Shown here piece after piece: positions 49,729 to 62,065 of a stretch of DNA of 64,000 bases (positions are counted from its first letter, which is position 1; each line of letters begins with the position of its first letter). Made by a program: the position numbers and the translations under genes. Source of the DNA: Lama glama (taxonomy: Eukaryota); NCBI GenBank assembly GCA_028534125.1, contig CM052851.1, forward strand, positions 4,650,001-4,714,000, given 5' to 3'. The notes under the pieces are model-generated. The model did not search any database. It was not told the origin of the DNA and was given only the letters and a program-made list of their open reading frames with translations.

Positions 49729-52700
49729 TCAGCCTTCACCCTCACTGTCTTCAGCCAGCACAGGGCTGGGGCCCTGGGGAGAGTGTGCAGGGGCCAGGAT
49801 GGAGCCAAAGAACAGCGAGCGGAACTGGGAAGAGAACAGAGGAAGCCGAGTGAGTTCTAGAGGCTACTCCCGCCACACCCCCCCCCACCCCCGTCTCCAG
49901 CCCCTACCTTCTTGGGTGGTGGAGTCCCAGGCACTGTGTTGGGCTCAGCAGCATCTTCCTCCTCTGAGCAGGGGCCAGGGCTACAGTGGGGCTGGAGGCC
50001 AGGTGAAAGGGAGATGGAGGGCAGTGCCCTCGAGCCCTCACTGCCCACGGAGGTTTCCATGGCAATCATGTAAGAGTCAATGTCGTCAAAGGCAAAGTCA
50101 TCCAGGTGGGGTGTACTGTAGGCAGAGACAGCATCAGCAGAGAACTGGGAGGGAAGTGGGGTACAGAGGCAGGGCCCCACCTTAGAGGGCTCAGGGGGTG
50201 CTGCAGGGGCCTTGTGACTATTGGTGACCTCTTGGTTTTACTACTTCCTGGTTTGGTTGGAGGGGAGGGGATGCAGGGGTTAAGTAGCTGCTTCCTGGAA
50301 GGGGCGGACCTGGAATCCTTTCATCAGAGTTCAGGTAGAGGCCTGAGGGAGGCATCCCAGCAGCCAGATTAGCTCAGCAGGGGGAGGGGAGCAGCAAGTC
50401 CTGTGAGCTGGGCCACCTGGGGGCCAAGCCCCCACCTTCCCAGGAGACAGGAACTGGAGAACACTGGGGCCCAGGGACATGCTGGGCAGGTGGCCAGACC
50501 AAACTTCCTCTGCTTTAACTACACTGGGCCCATCCTTCCCCAACCCACCTGCCCTTTCAGCCACCTGCTTCCCCCATTCCAAGCAACCCCCTGCCTCCCA
50601 GCAGCCCTTTCCCTCCTAGGCCTGGGACAAGGCTCAAGGGGAGGCCTCAGCCAGAGAAGGAAGCCAGCCCGACCTCGGGACACTTCCCTGGGTGGGAGGG
50701 GTCTGAGTACAGCTGACTGGTGAGGCTGAGCCTGTAGGGGCTGGGGCCTGACAGGAAGTGGGAGCGGGTGGGGGGGAGTGGGGGGTTGTGTAGAAGCTGG
50801 AAGCAGCAGGCTCAGGCCAGGGTGCACAGAGGTGGGGCGGGGGAGGAATGGGTGGGTGGGGGCTCTACCTGTGAGCCTGAAGTGGAGGTGCTGGCCGCTG
50901 GAGCTGTGGGGAGCGCAGATCCTGGGCGTGCAGGTATGGCTCTAAGAGTGTGGCCAGGACAAAGTGGCCCTCCAGCAGAGAGTCCTCGATGGCAAAGATG
51001 GCTGGCCTGGGCAGGTGATGGGTCCAGGCACGGTCAAGGCCCTTTGGCTCCTGCCATCCCAGAACCCTCCCCTCCCTGTCCTGAGGCTGGGACTTACCTG
51101 CCCGGAGCATCGAAGTAAATGCTGAGAGACAAGTTTGCTGACTCTGCGAAGCTCAGGAGCCCCTGGGAAGGGAGAGGCAGAGCAGTGAGGCCCTGGGCGC
51201 GGCAGGGCGGAGAGTGGACAGGGTAGTGAGTGTGTGCGGGGGGCCTCACCCGGAATTCCTTGAGGCAGAAAGTGATGGCTACCCCTTCCTGGGCCTGTAG
51301 CTGCTGGAAATCCTCCTCCCCGATGCTCATCTCAGTCACCATGGCTTTGACGGTGCTGTCTATGGGGGCAGGAACAGGAGGAACCTGGACCCCACCCCCT
51401 CCCACCCCATCTCTGCTCCCTGCGCCGGGCTGTGTCTGGCTCCCTCACCTGCCTCCTCCTCCTGGTAGCTACGCAAGATGACCCTGCGGCCGCAGCCAAT
51501 GCCCAGTGTCACTTCGGCCAGTGCGGGGGGGAAAGGCAGAACAGCCTCCCCCAGGACCCTGTGAGGAGGGCACAGCATTACACCCAAGGCTCAGTCCTGC
51601 CCAGTGGCTTTGCTCTCAGAGGCAGGGCAGTGACACACCAACATCCAAAGAGCACCCAACCAGGCCTTGCATGTCCGAGGAAGGGGACAGGAGAAGCAGG
51701 ACACGGTTCCTGCCCCCAAAAAATGTTCCCAGGCTGTTGTGGCAGAGAAGCCTGCTTGCAAGAGATGGGGCAGACAAGAGCGGAGCCCAGAAAAGAATGG
51801 GCTGTTCGGACTGAACCAAACTAGGCAGGCAGCACCTGTCCACCCAGGGGTGGGAGACCATACCCATATTATCCGCATAAACCCGGCCTTCAGAAAGAGC
51901 CCTCAGATCCTTGTCTAGTAGGATTTAATATTTACAGGTGAAAAGAAGACATCTGGAATTTACCTCAAGGCAACTGGAACAGGAGTTGGCATCTACTTTT
52001 ATGTGCATTTGAAATTGTTCATAAAAAAAGAGAAACAATTGCTCATTTAAAGAAAGAAAGGAAAAAACCCCCAAGACTCAGACCAGGGACTGATTCCATC
52101 TTTCTTTACCCAAATCCTGGTCTATATCAACAGAACTAATAAAATCAGAAAGTCAGAACCCAAAGGGACCTGCCAGTTACCATGTCCTACACTACCCAAA
52201 GAAAAGAAACAGAAGACCTTGGGTAACTCGAAGGCAAGCAGCATCCAGCATGTGGGGTGGGGAGGGAAGAGAAGCCACTCCTCTCTACGCTAGTCTTTGC
52301 CAGGGACCTTTGCATTCACTGGAGTCCCCATCTCCCAGGCCCTGCACAGCCCCCTGGTGCTCTGTGCCCAGAGAGGCTCCACTCCTACAGCTGCTTATCC
52401 AGGCAGCCCTCCTGGACCACAACCTCCCCGGCCAGCCTCCTGCCTTGGCCTGGGGACTCCAAGGCTACATACAGCCCAGTCGGGTATGAAGAGAGGCTGC
52501 CCTTGAATGGGAAACATCCCCAAGAGGACAACCAGGACAGAGAAGGGTTATGAGTCTCTGAGCCATAAAAATTAAGGGACCTTCCAGGGTGCTCAGGTCA
52601 GAGGAGATTTAAGGGCAGGTCAGACACCTGCTCTCTAAAAGAGGAGTCAGAATGGGTCTGAGTGGTCAGAAAGCCAAGCCAGAACTGTGAGGTGGAGAAT

Positions 52701-54453
52701 ACAAGCTCCAGAAGACAGCGAGGAACATGGAACAGGGGAGCACCCACCCTCCTCACTCCATCCTCTCCCTGTAAAGAGCCAGAGAAGGAACTGAAAGCAA
52801 ACGGAGTTGGATGAACTCTTTGAGGTTCACAGAAATCCTGTGAAGATGGAGGAGGGACCTTGTTAAACTGACCCCTGAGGCCCAAAAATGGAAGAGAGAA
52901 ACCTAGGGCTCAGCCTGCAGCCAGGGGCGTGCTCACCTTGCCGGGGCACGGAGCACGTGGGGGCACAAGGCTGGGTCGAAGACAGCCTGCAGGGACTCGC
53001 AGTCCTGGAAGGACAGGTTGTGAGTCTTCCTCACCCCTGGATGGGCAGACAGCGTCTCAGTGGGCCCCGCCAACCTCCACCCCCGCACCCTAAGGACCCA
53101 GCCAGCTGCTCACTCACCGTATCTGCAGTGCAGCTGAACTACCAGGCGGCTGCTCCTGCCATTCAGGGAGATGCAGCATTTCTCCACGGTCTTCTCCAGC
53201 ATCGCCAGCGAGCGGAAGACAGACAGGAACGACTGAGTGGGGAAAACACATCAGCCCAGTATTGCGCCTCCACCAACCAACTCTCACATCCCCTCAGGCC
53301 CTGGCGACATCATGGGCTCAGCCCTGTCACACCAGGAATGGGCCTCCCACACATGCAGACATTTATGCCCTTCCAAACCTTTGTGCTGTTCCCCTTGTCT
53401 AATGCCCTGAAAGACCTGTTTACTTTTTAAGGACCAACTTGAATGTCATCACTCTTTCAAGGTCTCCGGCAGAATCAATTACCCTCTCCATATCTCCTGT
53501 TACCCTCTGTGGATGTCTTCGCTATGCGCCCCCTCACTGCATTTTATACTGGATTGCTCCTACATACATCTCTGTCCCCAGCTGGCGTCTACTGTGTGCC
53601 CCAGAGCGAACGCACTGCTGTTAGCGGTTCCTGAGGGAATGAGCTGCCACTTCTGAGGGAAGGGCCTCACCTTCATCAAGATCTTACAGCGCAGCGGGTC
53701 CTGACCAGGGGTGGCCGCCTGGTACTGCTGGAAGAAGAGCGGGGCAAAGAGGAAGCAGGCGTAGGCAGAGCGGGAGGAGTTCACAGTCCGGAGGGAGAGC
53801 TGGGCCAGGAGAAGCAGGGAGCGGGATGCAGTCATCGGGAGTGACATGCCCAGCTCTCAGCTGGCTTTTGCTCACACACTTGCCCTAATATCCTCCACTT
53901 CCACCATCATCTGTTGAAATCCTCCCTCTCCTTCCAGTCAGCAGGTACCTTCGCCATGAAGCTTTCCCTGAGTCGGCCTCCCACCGCTCCCACAGCAAGG
54001 GCTCTACCCAACGGCCAGCACGCTCAGCCTTTTACCTAGTCACCCCCACCCGCCACCAGGCACCGGGCACTTCTGGGAGACTAAATGCTCTCAATTCACA
54101 CACCAGCCCGGGAACATGACAGAGCCCAAACTGATGCCCCAGCAACAGGAGAGGGAACTAACTCAGCAGACAAATCTGCCCACCGGCATCCTGCCTGATG
54201 GGAGCGAGACTCGAGCCCAGGTTAGGGTTCCCAGTTGGAATCTTACCCACCCCAATACCCTGGCTCCTCACCCCGTCTTCCAGGGGCTCCAGGTAGAGTT
54301 CATCCCCTATTCGGGACAGGGAGTGCACGGCCTTGCCGAGCACTGCGGGAAAGAGAGGAGAAACATCAGTTGGGCTGGCGCACTGGGCCGTCCCAGCCCG
54401 CAGGCCAGCCCCAACTCACCCTTTACGTTGCCGCCCGTGACCAGACACTTCAT
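49729..54453 (-). CDS. RAD9A: Checkpoint clamp component RAD9A (9-1-1), 11 exons, 391 aa
   Basis: Exons 54420-54453, 54272-54342, 53671-53799, 53118-53232, 52937-53036, 51449-51558, 51250-51359, 51098-51162, 50869-51006, 49908-50115, 49729-49824, sum 1176 nt. [29 protein letters not shown]..., [14 protein letters not shown], ...LAEDSEGEG*. Confidence 0.97.
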
Positions 54454-54579
54454 GCTGCCCCTCGCGACCGGGCTCAGACTGGCGCCGACCCCACACTGGG
54501 CCCCCCGCTCGCTGCTTCCCTCCAGGTCTCGCCTGCCGCAGCGGACGCCCCGGGTTCCCTTCCCGCGCACCGCCCCCGG

Positions 54580-54750
54580 CAGCCCCGCCCCCGCCTCCTC
54601 ATTGGGCCGCAAGCCCGCACCTCCGTCACGTGAGAAAAACGTTCAGCCGGCTGCGCATCACGTGATGGAGTCCTGCCGGGGGCGAGCCCTGGTCACGTGA
54701 GCGCCAATCGCCGCTTCTTGTGGTCCAGGCCCATCCTCCGCCCTTCCGCG
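54580..54750. promoter_or_regulatory. RAD9A CpG-island promoter with three TCACGTGA E-boxes between two CCAAT boxes
   Basis: ATTGG at 54601, TCACGTGA at 54626, 54658 and 54693, CCAAT at 54704, flanking GC boxes. Confidence 0.8.
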
Positions 54751-55639
54751 CCCCTGGGGAGCCGGTCTCGTCAGCTGGGCCCAGCGCGGCTGCGCACCCG
54801 AGCGCGAGGAGCCCCGAGGTCGCGGAGGAGCCTGAGATGTACGGGCGAGCCCCGCTGGGTCACTAATTTAGTACGGATTTCCTGGGCGTTTATCGGTTCA
54901 AAGCAAGACCGTCCTCATCCGGGCCGGGGACACAGACAGAAGCAGCAACCACCACCTGTAAAAAGAAATTAAAGCAATTTGCGGCAGGATCCCGGGGTGG
55001 GAAGTAGCTGTTGGCTATGGCTTCGAGGATCCTTCGTTGATCCTGAAGAACAGCAGATGCTCCGGGCAGAAAAGGGTAGAACGGTGTGGCTGGCAGGGGA
55101 AAACGACAGTAGAGACTCAGCGGGCTATGGGGCTTTGCCCCTTTGGGAGGGACGTGGGTCTGTGAGAGTAGGGGTGGGTCCATGAGAGGAGGGGTGGTGG
55201 CCGCCAAATGATGAGGATCACTGATGGGAAGCACTGGAAACGTTGTATGAGGGTAGACTTATGCTATGTGGCCATTTAAGAAAGACCAAGGGATTGCAAA
55301 GGAGGGGGTTCAGCAGCCGGGCAGGTCTTCCCCTGGCTCCGGGCCTCAGTTACCAGGTGTGTGAAGTGGAAGGGAAGTCCTGGAGGGGCTTTCTGACCTC
55401 TAGTTCCTTAGAGGGGCGGCGCCCGATTCTATAGTGCTTTGAAGGGCCCTGGGCATCCCTGTGTTCCTTTATGGCCTACCTGGCCTTACCCCTCTAGTAC
55501 TGACTGCAGTAAGGAAGCCATATTCATTCGTCTGTGAGCCCCTTGCCCTCCTGCTCCTGGCCTGGCTCCCACTTCTAGACCCCACTTTCCTTGCCCTCAG
55601 CTCCCCTCCCTCACCAGGTTTCCCTAGGGTACTGGGGGA

Positions 55640-56480
55640 GATTATTCTTGCTTTCTAAGGGAATCAGGTAAATGATACCACCTCTACCCAGGCATTTAGG
55701 TCACAAACTGGGAGTCATCCTTGACCCCATGCTCTCCCACACCCTGCACATTACCCACCTTCAGCAAGCCTTGACTGCTCTGCCACCCGAACAGATGGCA
55801 GCTTCAGCCTCTTCCATGTCCACGGCCATCAGCCTGGCTCAGGCCATCACTTCTCACATGAGTGGTCCCCTGCCTCCAGCCTGTCTCCTCCAGTTCACTC
55901 TGTACAGCACCAAAATGACCTTTCTAAAATACCAATTGTGCCACGCCTCTCCCTTGTTTAAACCCTACAGTGGCTTTCAACTATTACACTTGCCATAACA
56001 TCCAAACTCCTTACCCAAAAGGAGCTGGCCCCACCCATCTCTCCACCTGTCTCTGGCTTTCCTGTGTAACCATGCTGGCCCCGTCAGTTCCCTGAACCAA
56101 CCACATCCTTTTCCGCCTTGGGTTCTCTCTGTACATGCTGTCCCCACCACTTGGAATGCTCTTACCACTTTTCACACGCTGGCTCCTTCTCTTCCTAGGC
56201 CTCAGCTTCAGTGGCCCACCCTCTGATGGGCCTTTTCTGCCTCCCCCTCCACCACCCCTCTGCTGTCTGGGTAAGCCTTTACTCTGGGTTGTCCACAGCG
56301 CTGATCACAACTCAGCTTTATTTCATACATATCTACTTTAATCCCTGTCTTCCCCACTCGTGTGTCAGTCCCATAAGGGCAGGGACCAAGTCTCTTTTGT
56401 TTGTTGCTCTGTCCCCTGTACCTCGCATGGGGCCTGGCCCTCAGGAGGTGACCAGTATGTGCTCAATGGCTAGATGTGTA
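55640..56480 (+). mobile_element. L2 LINE fragment
   Basis: L2-typical phrases: GGAGTCATCCTTGAC, TTTAAACCCTACAGTGGCTT, GGAATGCTCTT, AGGGCAGGGACC...GTGCTCAAT. Confidence 0.7.
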
Positions 56481-58174
56481 AAGCTGAGTTGCCTCTGGTT
56501 CCCACTTAGTACGATGCTGTGATGAAAGAAACAAATCCAGCTTCCAGCCTCTGCCCACAGCCCCACCCTGCCCTGGACAATAGCTCTCCCCCAACATTCT
56601 GTCCAGAAAGCCCCAAATAACCTAGCATTAGTATCCCCTTCCTTATTTCTCCTCCTTCTCTGTGGGTCTCTTTGTCCCAGTGAAACTCAGCATAGCCTTC
56701 ACGGCTTCTCCACCTCTTCGCCACAGCCATTACCCGAGCATCCCAACTGGAACAGGAGGTAGGTGCCAAAGCCCCCTGGGAAGCAGGGAGGGGAAGCTGT
56801 GACTCGTCACACAGTTGTGTCCCTGTCCCTGACACCTATGGGGCTGTGGGGTCCTGTGGCCTGGAGGTCTTTGAAGCAAGGCCCTGGGGAGAAGGCGAGG
56901 GAAACAGACTCTTTTAGGACTTTTAATAACTCTTTCTTCAGCTGCACACACCTGCAGAAGTTTAGGAATTGCCTGACACTTCTGAAGGGCTCAGATAACA
57001 GAAAGAAGCCTAGAGTCCTGGGTTTCCAGCCTGTGCTTCAGCGCCCACCTGCTGTGTGACTTTGTGCAAATCCCTCCTGTCTCTGTGGCTGTAGAACGTG
57101 GTTGGTCGCAGGAGATGCTTACTGAGGTCCCTTCCAACGTTGACCTGCTGTGACTTCCCAGGGGGCCCTCCAGCTTCCCTGAGCCCCTCACCCAGCCACA
57201 GCTCTGGAGAGGAGCTGGAATTGGTTGTCCTGATTCCCCCAGGCTAGGGGGCTCTCCAATCAGAGGCTGAGCATCCTCTCCAGGCTTGCAGGTGGCAAAG
57301 CAAGGAACACCTTTCAGGTCTGGAAGGAAGGACGTGCAGCGGGGGGATGGGAACTTTGTGACTCCAGCCCTATTCACAGATAGCTTCCAGCAAGTCAAGG
57401 CCCTTGTCTGGGCCTGAGTTTCCTCCTTGATAAAGTGAGGGGATTGGATGAGATACTCTCAAGATCCTTATAAATCTCAAATTTTTAGTCTTCGCTGCAT
57501 CCCACATTAGAGTTGGCTTCCTACAAGTACACACTTATGTGAATATGTGAGAACGTGTGTGTGTGTGTTGTGGGTGGATACGGAATAGAGGGAGGTGATT
57601 ACCATTTCAAAATTTTAAAATAATTATCTGACTGGAAATTTCTTCCTCCCTTCAACTGTCACTTCTCACCCAATTTTTTAGGTTTGACATGGCAGGATCC
57701 TCGGAGCTCAGTAATTCATTCATTCGACACACGTTAGACGCTTTCTAAGCGTGGGAAACAGAGCCCAGGACAAAAATCCCTGCCCTCATGGGCTTCTGCT
57801 CCACCGGAGAGAGACAGATTGGGGGGAGTGACTGCCACGGCTCTGATGGCGTCTGCTGGGCTGTGCACACACACGGATGGGATTTGCATGGTTACTCTGG
57901 AGTTACCAAGTGGGCAGAGGAGCTCTGAGTTGCTGGGGTACTGAGCTGGTGGGGCGGTACTGGCCCACCTATAATGCATTTGTGGCACACTGGGTGCTTT
58001 CAGACCCACAGGCAAGCCCTGCCCAGGCCTTTCTTGTTCCCCAGCTTTTCTCCCAGCAACCAGAAAAGGCTTGGCACATGGCAGTGGTTTAATAAAACAT
58101 GTTGGATGACCGAAGGGTTTAGGATTCAGAAAGGTTCCAAGACTTGAGCCTGGGTTGTCTGTTGAGGTGGACAA

Positions 58175-58375
58175 GGGGGTTCTAGGCACCAGACTGCCCA
58201 GGTCTGAATCCTGGCTCCATCACTCTCAGGCAGTGTGCAAATGGATGCATTGCTTATATTCCCTGCGCCTCAGTTTCCTCATCTAAATTGAGGGAGGAGG
58301 GATAACAGTCCCTACCTCAGAGGGTGGTGGTGAGGATTAACATAACCAGCGTTCGTAAAGCTCTTAGCACACATC
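58175..58375 (+). mobile_element. MIR SINE
   Basis: GGTCTGAATCCTGGCTCCATCACT...GCCTCAGTTTCCTCATCT...GTGAGGATTAA...AAAGCTCTTAGCAC. Confidence 0.75.
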
Positions 58376-58809
58376 GTCCGTGTCACTGTTGTTGTTATTG
58401 CTGTGTGCTGTCCCCGCCATCTCTGGAGTGTACCCTCCAGTTTCTAGGGGATTCTCTGGTCAGGACCAGGGACAAAATCAATCATCAGCACAGACGAGGC
58501 CAGGGTGAGTCCACAGGAGGAACACGGGAGGGAAGTTCCCACGCAGAAACATCACAGAGGGATGATCTGGAGGCCGGGAACTGGAAATACTCAGAGAATT
58601 AGGGTGGGGACAGAAGTCAGCCCCGGGAATAGGTGCGGGGGGAGGCCGGGTGCTGCCTCTCGGGCCCTCGGTGCCCTCTGCCTCGTGAGGAGGGTGTGAG
58701 CCCCTGCTGTCTCTGCCGGCTGCTGGAGGCTGGCACGAGGCAGCAGCTGCACCCACAACGCCAGCTCCAGGCATAGATGAGGGACCAGGGCTGGGGTTTC
58801 GAGGGGGAG

Positions 58810-59222
58810 ATGGGGTGGAATTTTTTAAACCCACAGACGGAAAGGGGGAAGCTCAGGCTTGTTCACCAAAACCTGGCAGGCTGGAGTTACAGGGCCCCCT
58901 TGGAGCGCAAGCGAGGTAAGTTCAGGACAAAGCAAAGGCAGCGCACTTCACCCAGCAGGGGAGGACACCGATGGAACTCATTACCCCAAGATGCGGTCTC
59001 GGCTGGAAGTATAAATGGCTGCACAAAAGGTTTAGATAAATCTGTGGATGACAGCTCCATTCACGGGTTAGAAGGGGAAGGAGGCTGTTTGGGGCCTGCT
59101 GGCCCATGGGGAAGGCATCGGGGAGGCGACCTGGCCTCCCTAAGACCACCCCTCCGGGACCCTGCTGGAGGCAGGCTTCCCGCCACCGGGGCCCAGGAAG
59201 CAGCGTCAGTGTTCCTACAGCT
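58810..59222 (+). mobile_element. Ancient CR1/L3-type LINE 3' fragment
   Basis: Translates in part to GKFRTK...WNSLPQDAVSAGSINGCTKGLDKSVDDSSIHG, recognisable as the CR1 ORF2 C-terminus (WNSLP...NGFKKGLD.FM), followed by a 3'UTR-like tail. Confidence 0.8.
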
Positions 59223-61859
59223 GGAGTCCCCAGGCCCTTTCCTCACTGCCCCCAGTGCTTGCCATCCACTCTTCGGGGAGATGTGGGCACTGCCACGTCT
59301 GGGGAGAGCAGCCTGGCCCGGCTGTCCCCTAAGGGACCAGCAGAGGGAGACAGACACCACATCCAGTCTCAGCTTCCAGAACAGAAGCTTCCCTGTTCTG
59401 CCTCAGAGGGCAGGCAAGCACCCAAGGGTCCCAGCTCAGGGTTCAACACCGGGCTAGGGGCCCAAGGAGAGAGGGGGCCAAGGAGGCGTCCTCCCTGGCT
59501 GAGATGGGCTTACTGCAGGGCAGGTGGAGGAGGGGAGCCTTCAGGGAACTGGGGGCAGGGCAGGGAGGAGGCCACTAAGAGCAGGGCGGCTGTGCAGCCA
59601 TCTTGCCCTCTGTGCCCGCAGCCCCAAGCCCCGGGGTAGGCAGGCAGTCTGCGGGTCTCGGTAGGCCCTGCCACTCCACAGGGCACATACAGGAGGTGCT
59701 CCAGAGAGCCCTGCATGGTGACTGGGCCCTGTGGGCCTGAGTGCCAGCTCCTCCTCATCCCAGGAACCAGTTCCAGGCCAGGTGCTGTTCCCACTCTGGC
59801 TGCTTGGCTTCTCCACAGCCGCTCGCAAGGTCGCCTTCCCACTCCTCTGACCTCTCCCTTCTCCCACCTTTCCAAGCTCCTTACTCCCTGTTTCACTGAG
59901 CAAATTTTGCAGGGGTCAACGGCTGGACCTGATGTGTGCTCAGAGTGCTCTGCGGGAGGTCACGGGGTGGGCTTCAGAAAGACGCCTATGGGGGCCAGCA
60001 AGGGGTGAGCTCCTCACAACCCAAACTCCCACGACTTGCAGACAGAATGGGGCTGGCCCCTGGCACAGCCAGTGTCGGTCAGCTCCCCCCGCCCCAAGCG
60101 CAGCCCCCTTTTACACACTGAACCCCTCTGAGGAGGCTGTCTGGGATGCCAAGGCAAAGGCTCAGGATCATTTCTCATTAGAGGAAAGTTGAGCTGGGGC
60201 CCAACCCTAGAACTCTAGAGTTTTGTATCTGTGCCCGGTATGGGGATTCAGCGTGGGGCTGGTGGGGACAGGCCTCAGGAAGAAGGCAGAATGGAAAGAA
60301 GAGAGAAGGTGCAGGCGAGGAGACTCGGGGGCTTACACGGGGGCATCATTAGCAGAGGTTGGGAGGACAGGGTATGAAGGGTAGATAACAGTAATATTTA
60401 ACATTATCATGTGTTAAGCGCCAGAGAGTTGACTTGTGCTAACTCAATCTTCCCTTATTCTGAAGAAGGTCCCAGTGTCATCGTCCCTGTTGATGCAAGA
60501 GAAAACCAAGGTGTAGAGGGGTCAACTGACTTGCCCAAGGTCACACAGCCAGTGAAGGTGGAGCAGCACCCTCACTCATTCAGTCTCCAGCAGCCCCACG
60601 CAGGGGCCGCTGTCTGTCCTCTGACCCCTGAGGCCCCTGGAGAACCCAGACGGTCTGGAGAAAGCCTGAGGAGCCTGAAGGAGGAAGGCAGTGGGGAGGG
60701 AGGAGACAGAGCGGGAGGAGCAGGCAGTGACTCAGCAGGGCAGGATAAGGATCTTCCAGCCCAGGTAGAGGTAACCCCACTCCTCTGCCAGGGGAGACAG
60801 AGTCACAGAGCCCGTGGCGTGGGTTGGCCAGGGCAATGGAACATCCTGGGGAACGGCGGGAAGAGCTCCTGGCTGACTAGGGAGGAGTGAAGCCCCTGGG
60901 GGTATCCCTTCTGCCCCTGCCCTCCTCACACACCCATCGCCCTGACATCCTTGCAGTGGAGAGAGAGCCCAGGTATGGCAGGGAAGAGGCAGACAGCAGG
61001 ATCTGGTTCCTCTCAGCTACTGGGAGGCAGGGACAGCGGGACGCGGTGTTCTCCCGGAGGCCCGGGCTGGTCCAGGTGTGGGTTGGGAGTGCAAGGAAGG
61101 GCAGGGCTGTTCCTGAGGTAGGAGGAGGCCCATGGCCCTGGGGTTGCCGTTGACATCACGGCCAGCTCTGGGTGAAGCAGGGCCCTCTGGGCTCCTGCCC
61201 CTGGAGGAAAAGGGAAAGTGCTCACCGTGTCTGCCTTTCTTCTCCCTTCTGCCCCCCGGGGACCCCTGTGCCTGCACAGTGTGCACGCGGTGGTGGAGAG
61301 GAGGCGCCCCCCCCACCTCCTGCCAGGCTGTAGATCCCAGGGGGCCTGGATTTGCACGCCACATAGTTGGGCCCTCAGGAAACACAGGGAAGCCCTCGAC
61401 CTGGTTGGGTGGGAGGTGGCCTTCTAACTCCTAGTTTGGAGCTCATGGCGGTATTCAGACTTGCTGCTCTGCTCATGGAATCCACCATTCCAGCTGAGGG
61501 CACTCGAGTGCTCCAGGGGTGGCGCCTGTCACTGACCCAGGAGGGCTGTGTGTGGTGCCTGGCCCAGCATCTCACAGTCACTTTGTGTCAGGGGTGGGTG
61601 GAAGGTTGTGGGTGGGAGAGCCCAGGTCTCCTACTCTAGGCGCTCATAGGGGAATCTGTCTCAAGGAACATGCTAGAGTCCTGAAGAGACCAGGAGTGCC
61701 CCAAGTTAGAAACCTCCTAGTTGGGGGAGGGGGTGCGGGGGGTTATTGCTCAGCGAGTCCCAGTGTCTCTGCATCCAGCCTCTTTTCAAGAGTCCCTGCC
61801 TCAGTGCCCTCCACGTGTGCACCTGCACCAGGCGGGAGGGCATCTCAAGAGGGCATGGT

Positions 61860-62065
61860 GCTGAAGGCATACAGTCCTGGTTCTGCCCCCGGGTGTGATC
61901 TTAGACATACGACTCCATCTTACCAAGCCTCAGTTGCCTTGCATATAAAATGGGGAAAGCGCAGTTCTCATTTTCTAGGGTTTTGAAAGAATAGAGTGCA
62001 ATCATTCACATAAAGCCTTAGTGCAGGACCTGACTCTTGGTGAGAGCTCAATATGTTTAAATGCT
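61860..62065 (+). mobile_element. MIR SINE
   Basis: AGCCTCAGTTGCCTTGCATATAAAATGGGG...TAAAGCCTTAGTGCAGGACCTG...GCTCAATA. Confidence 0.6.

Noticed and set aside
58777-59457. 226-aa ORF as a novel gene
   Set aside because: Similarity is to a decayed CR1 ORF2 end with internal frameshifts; no gene structure support.
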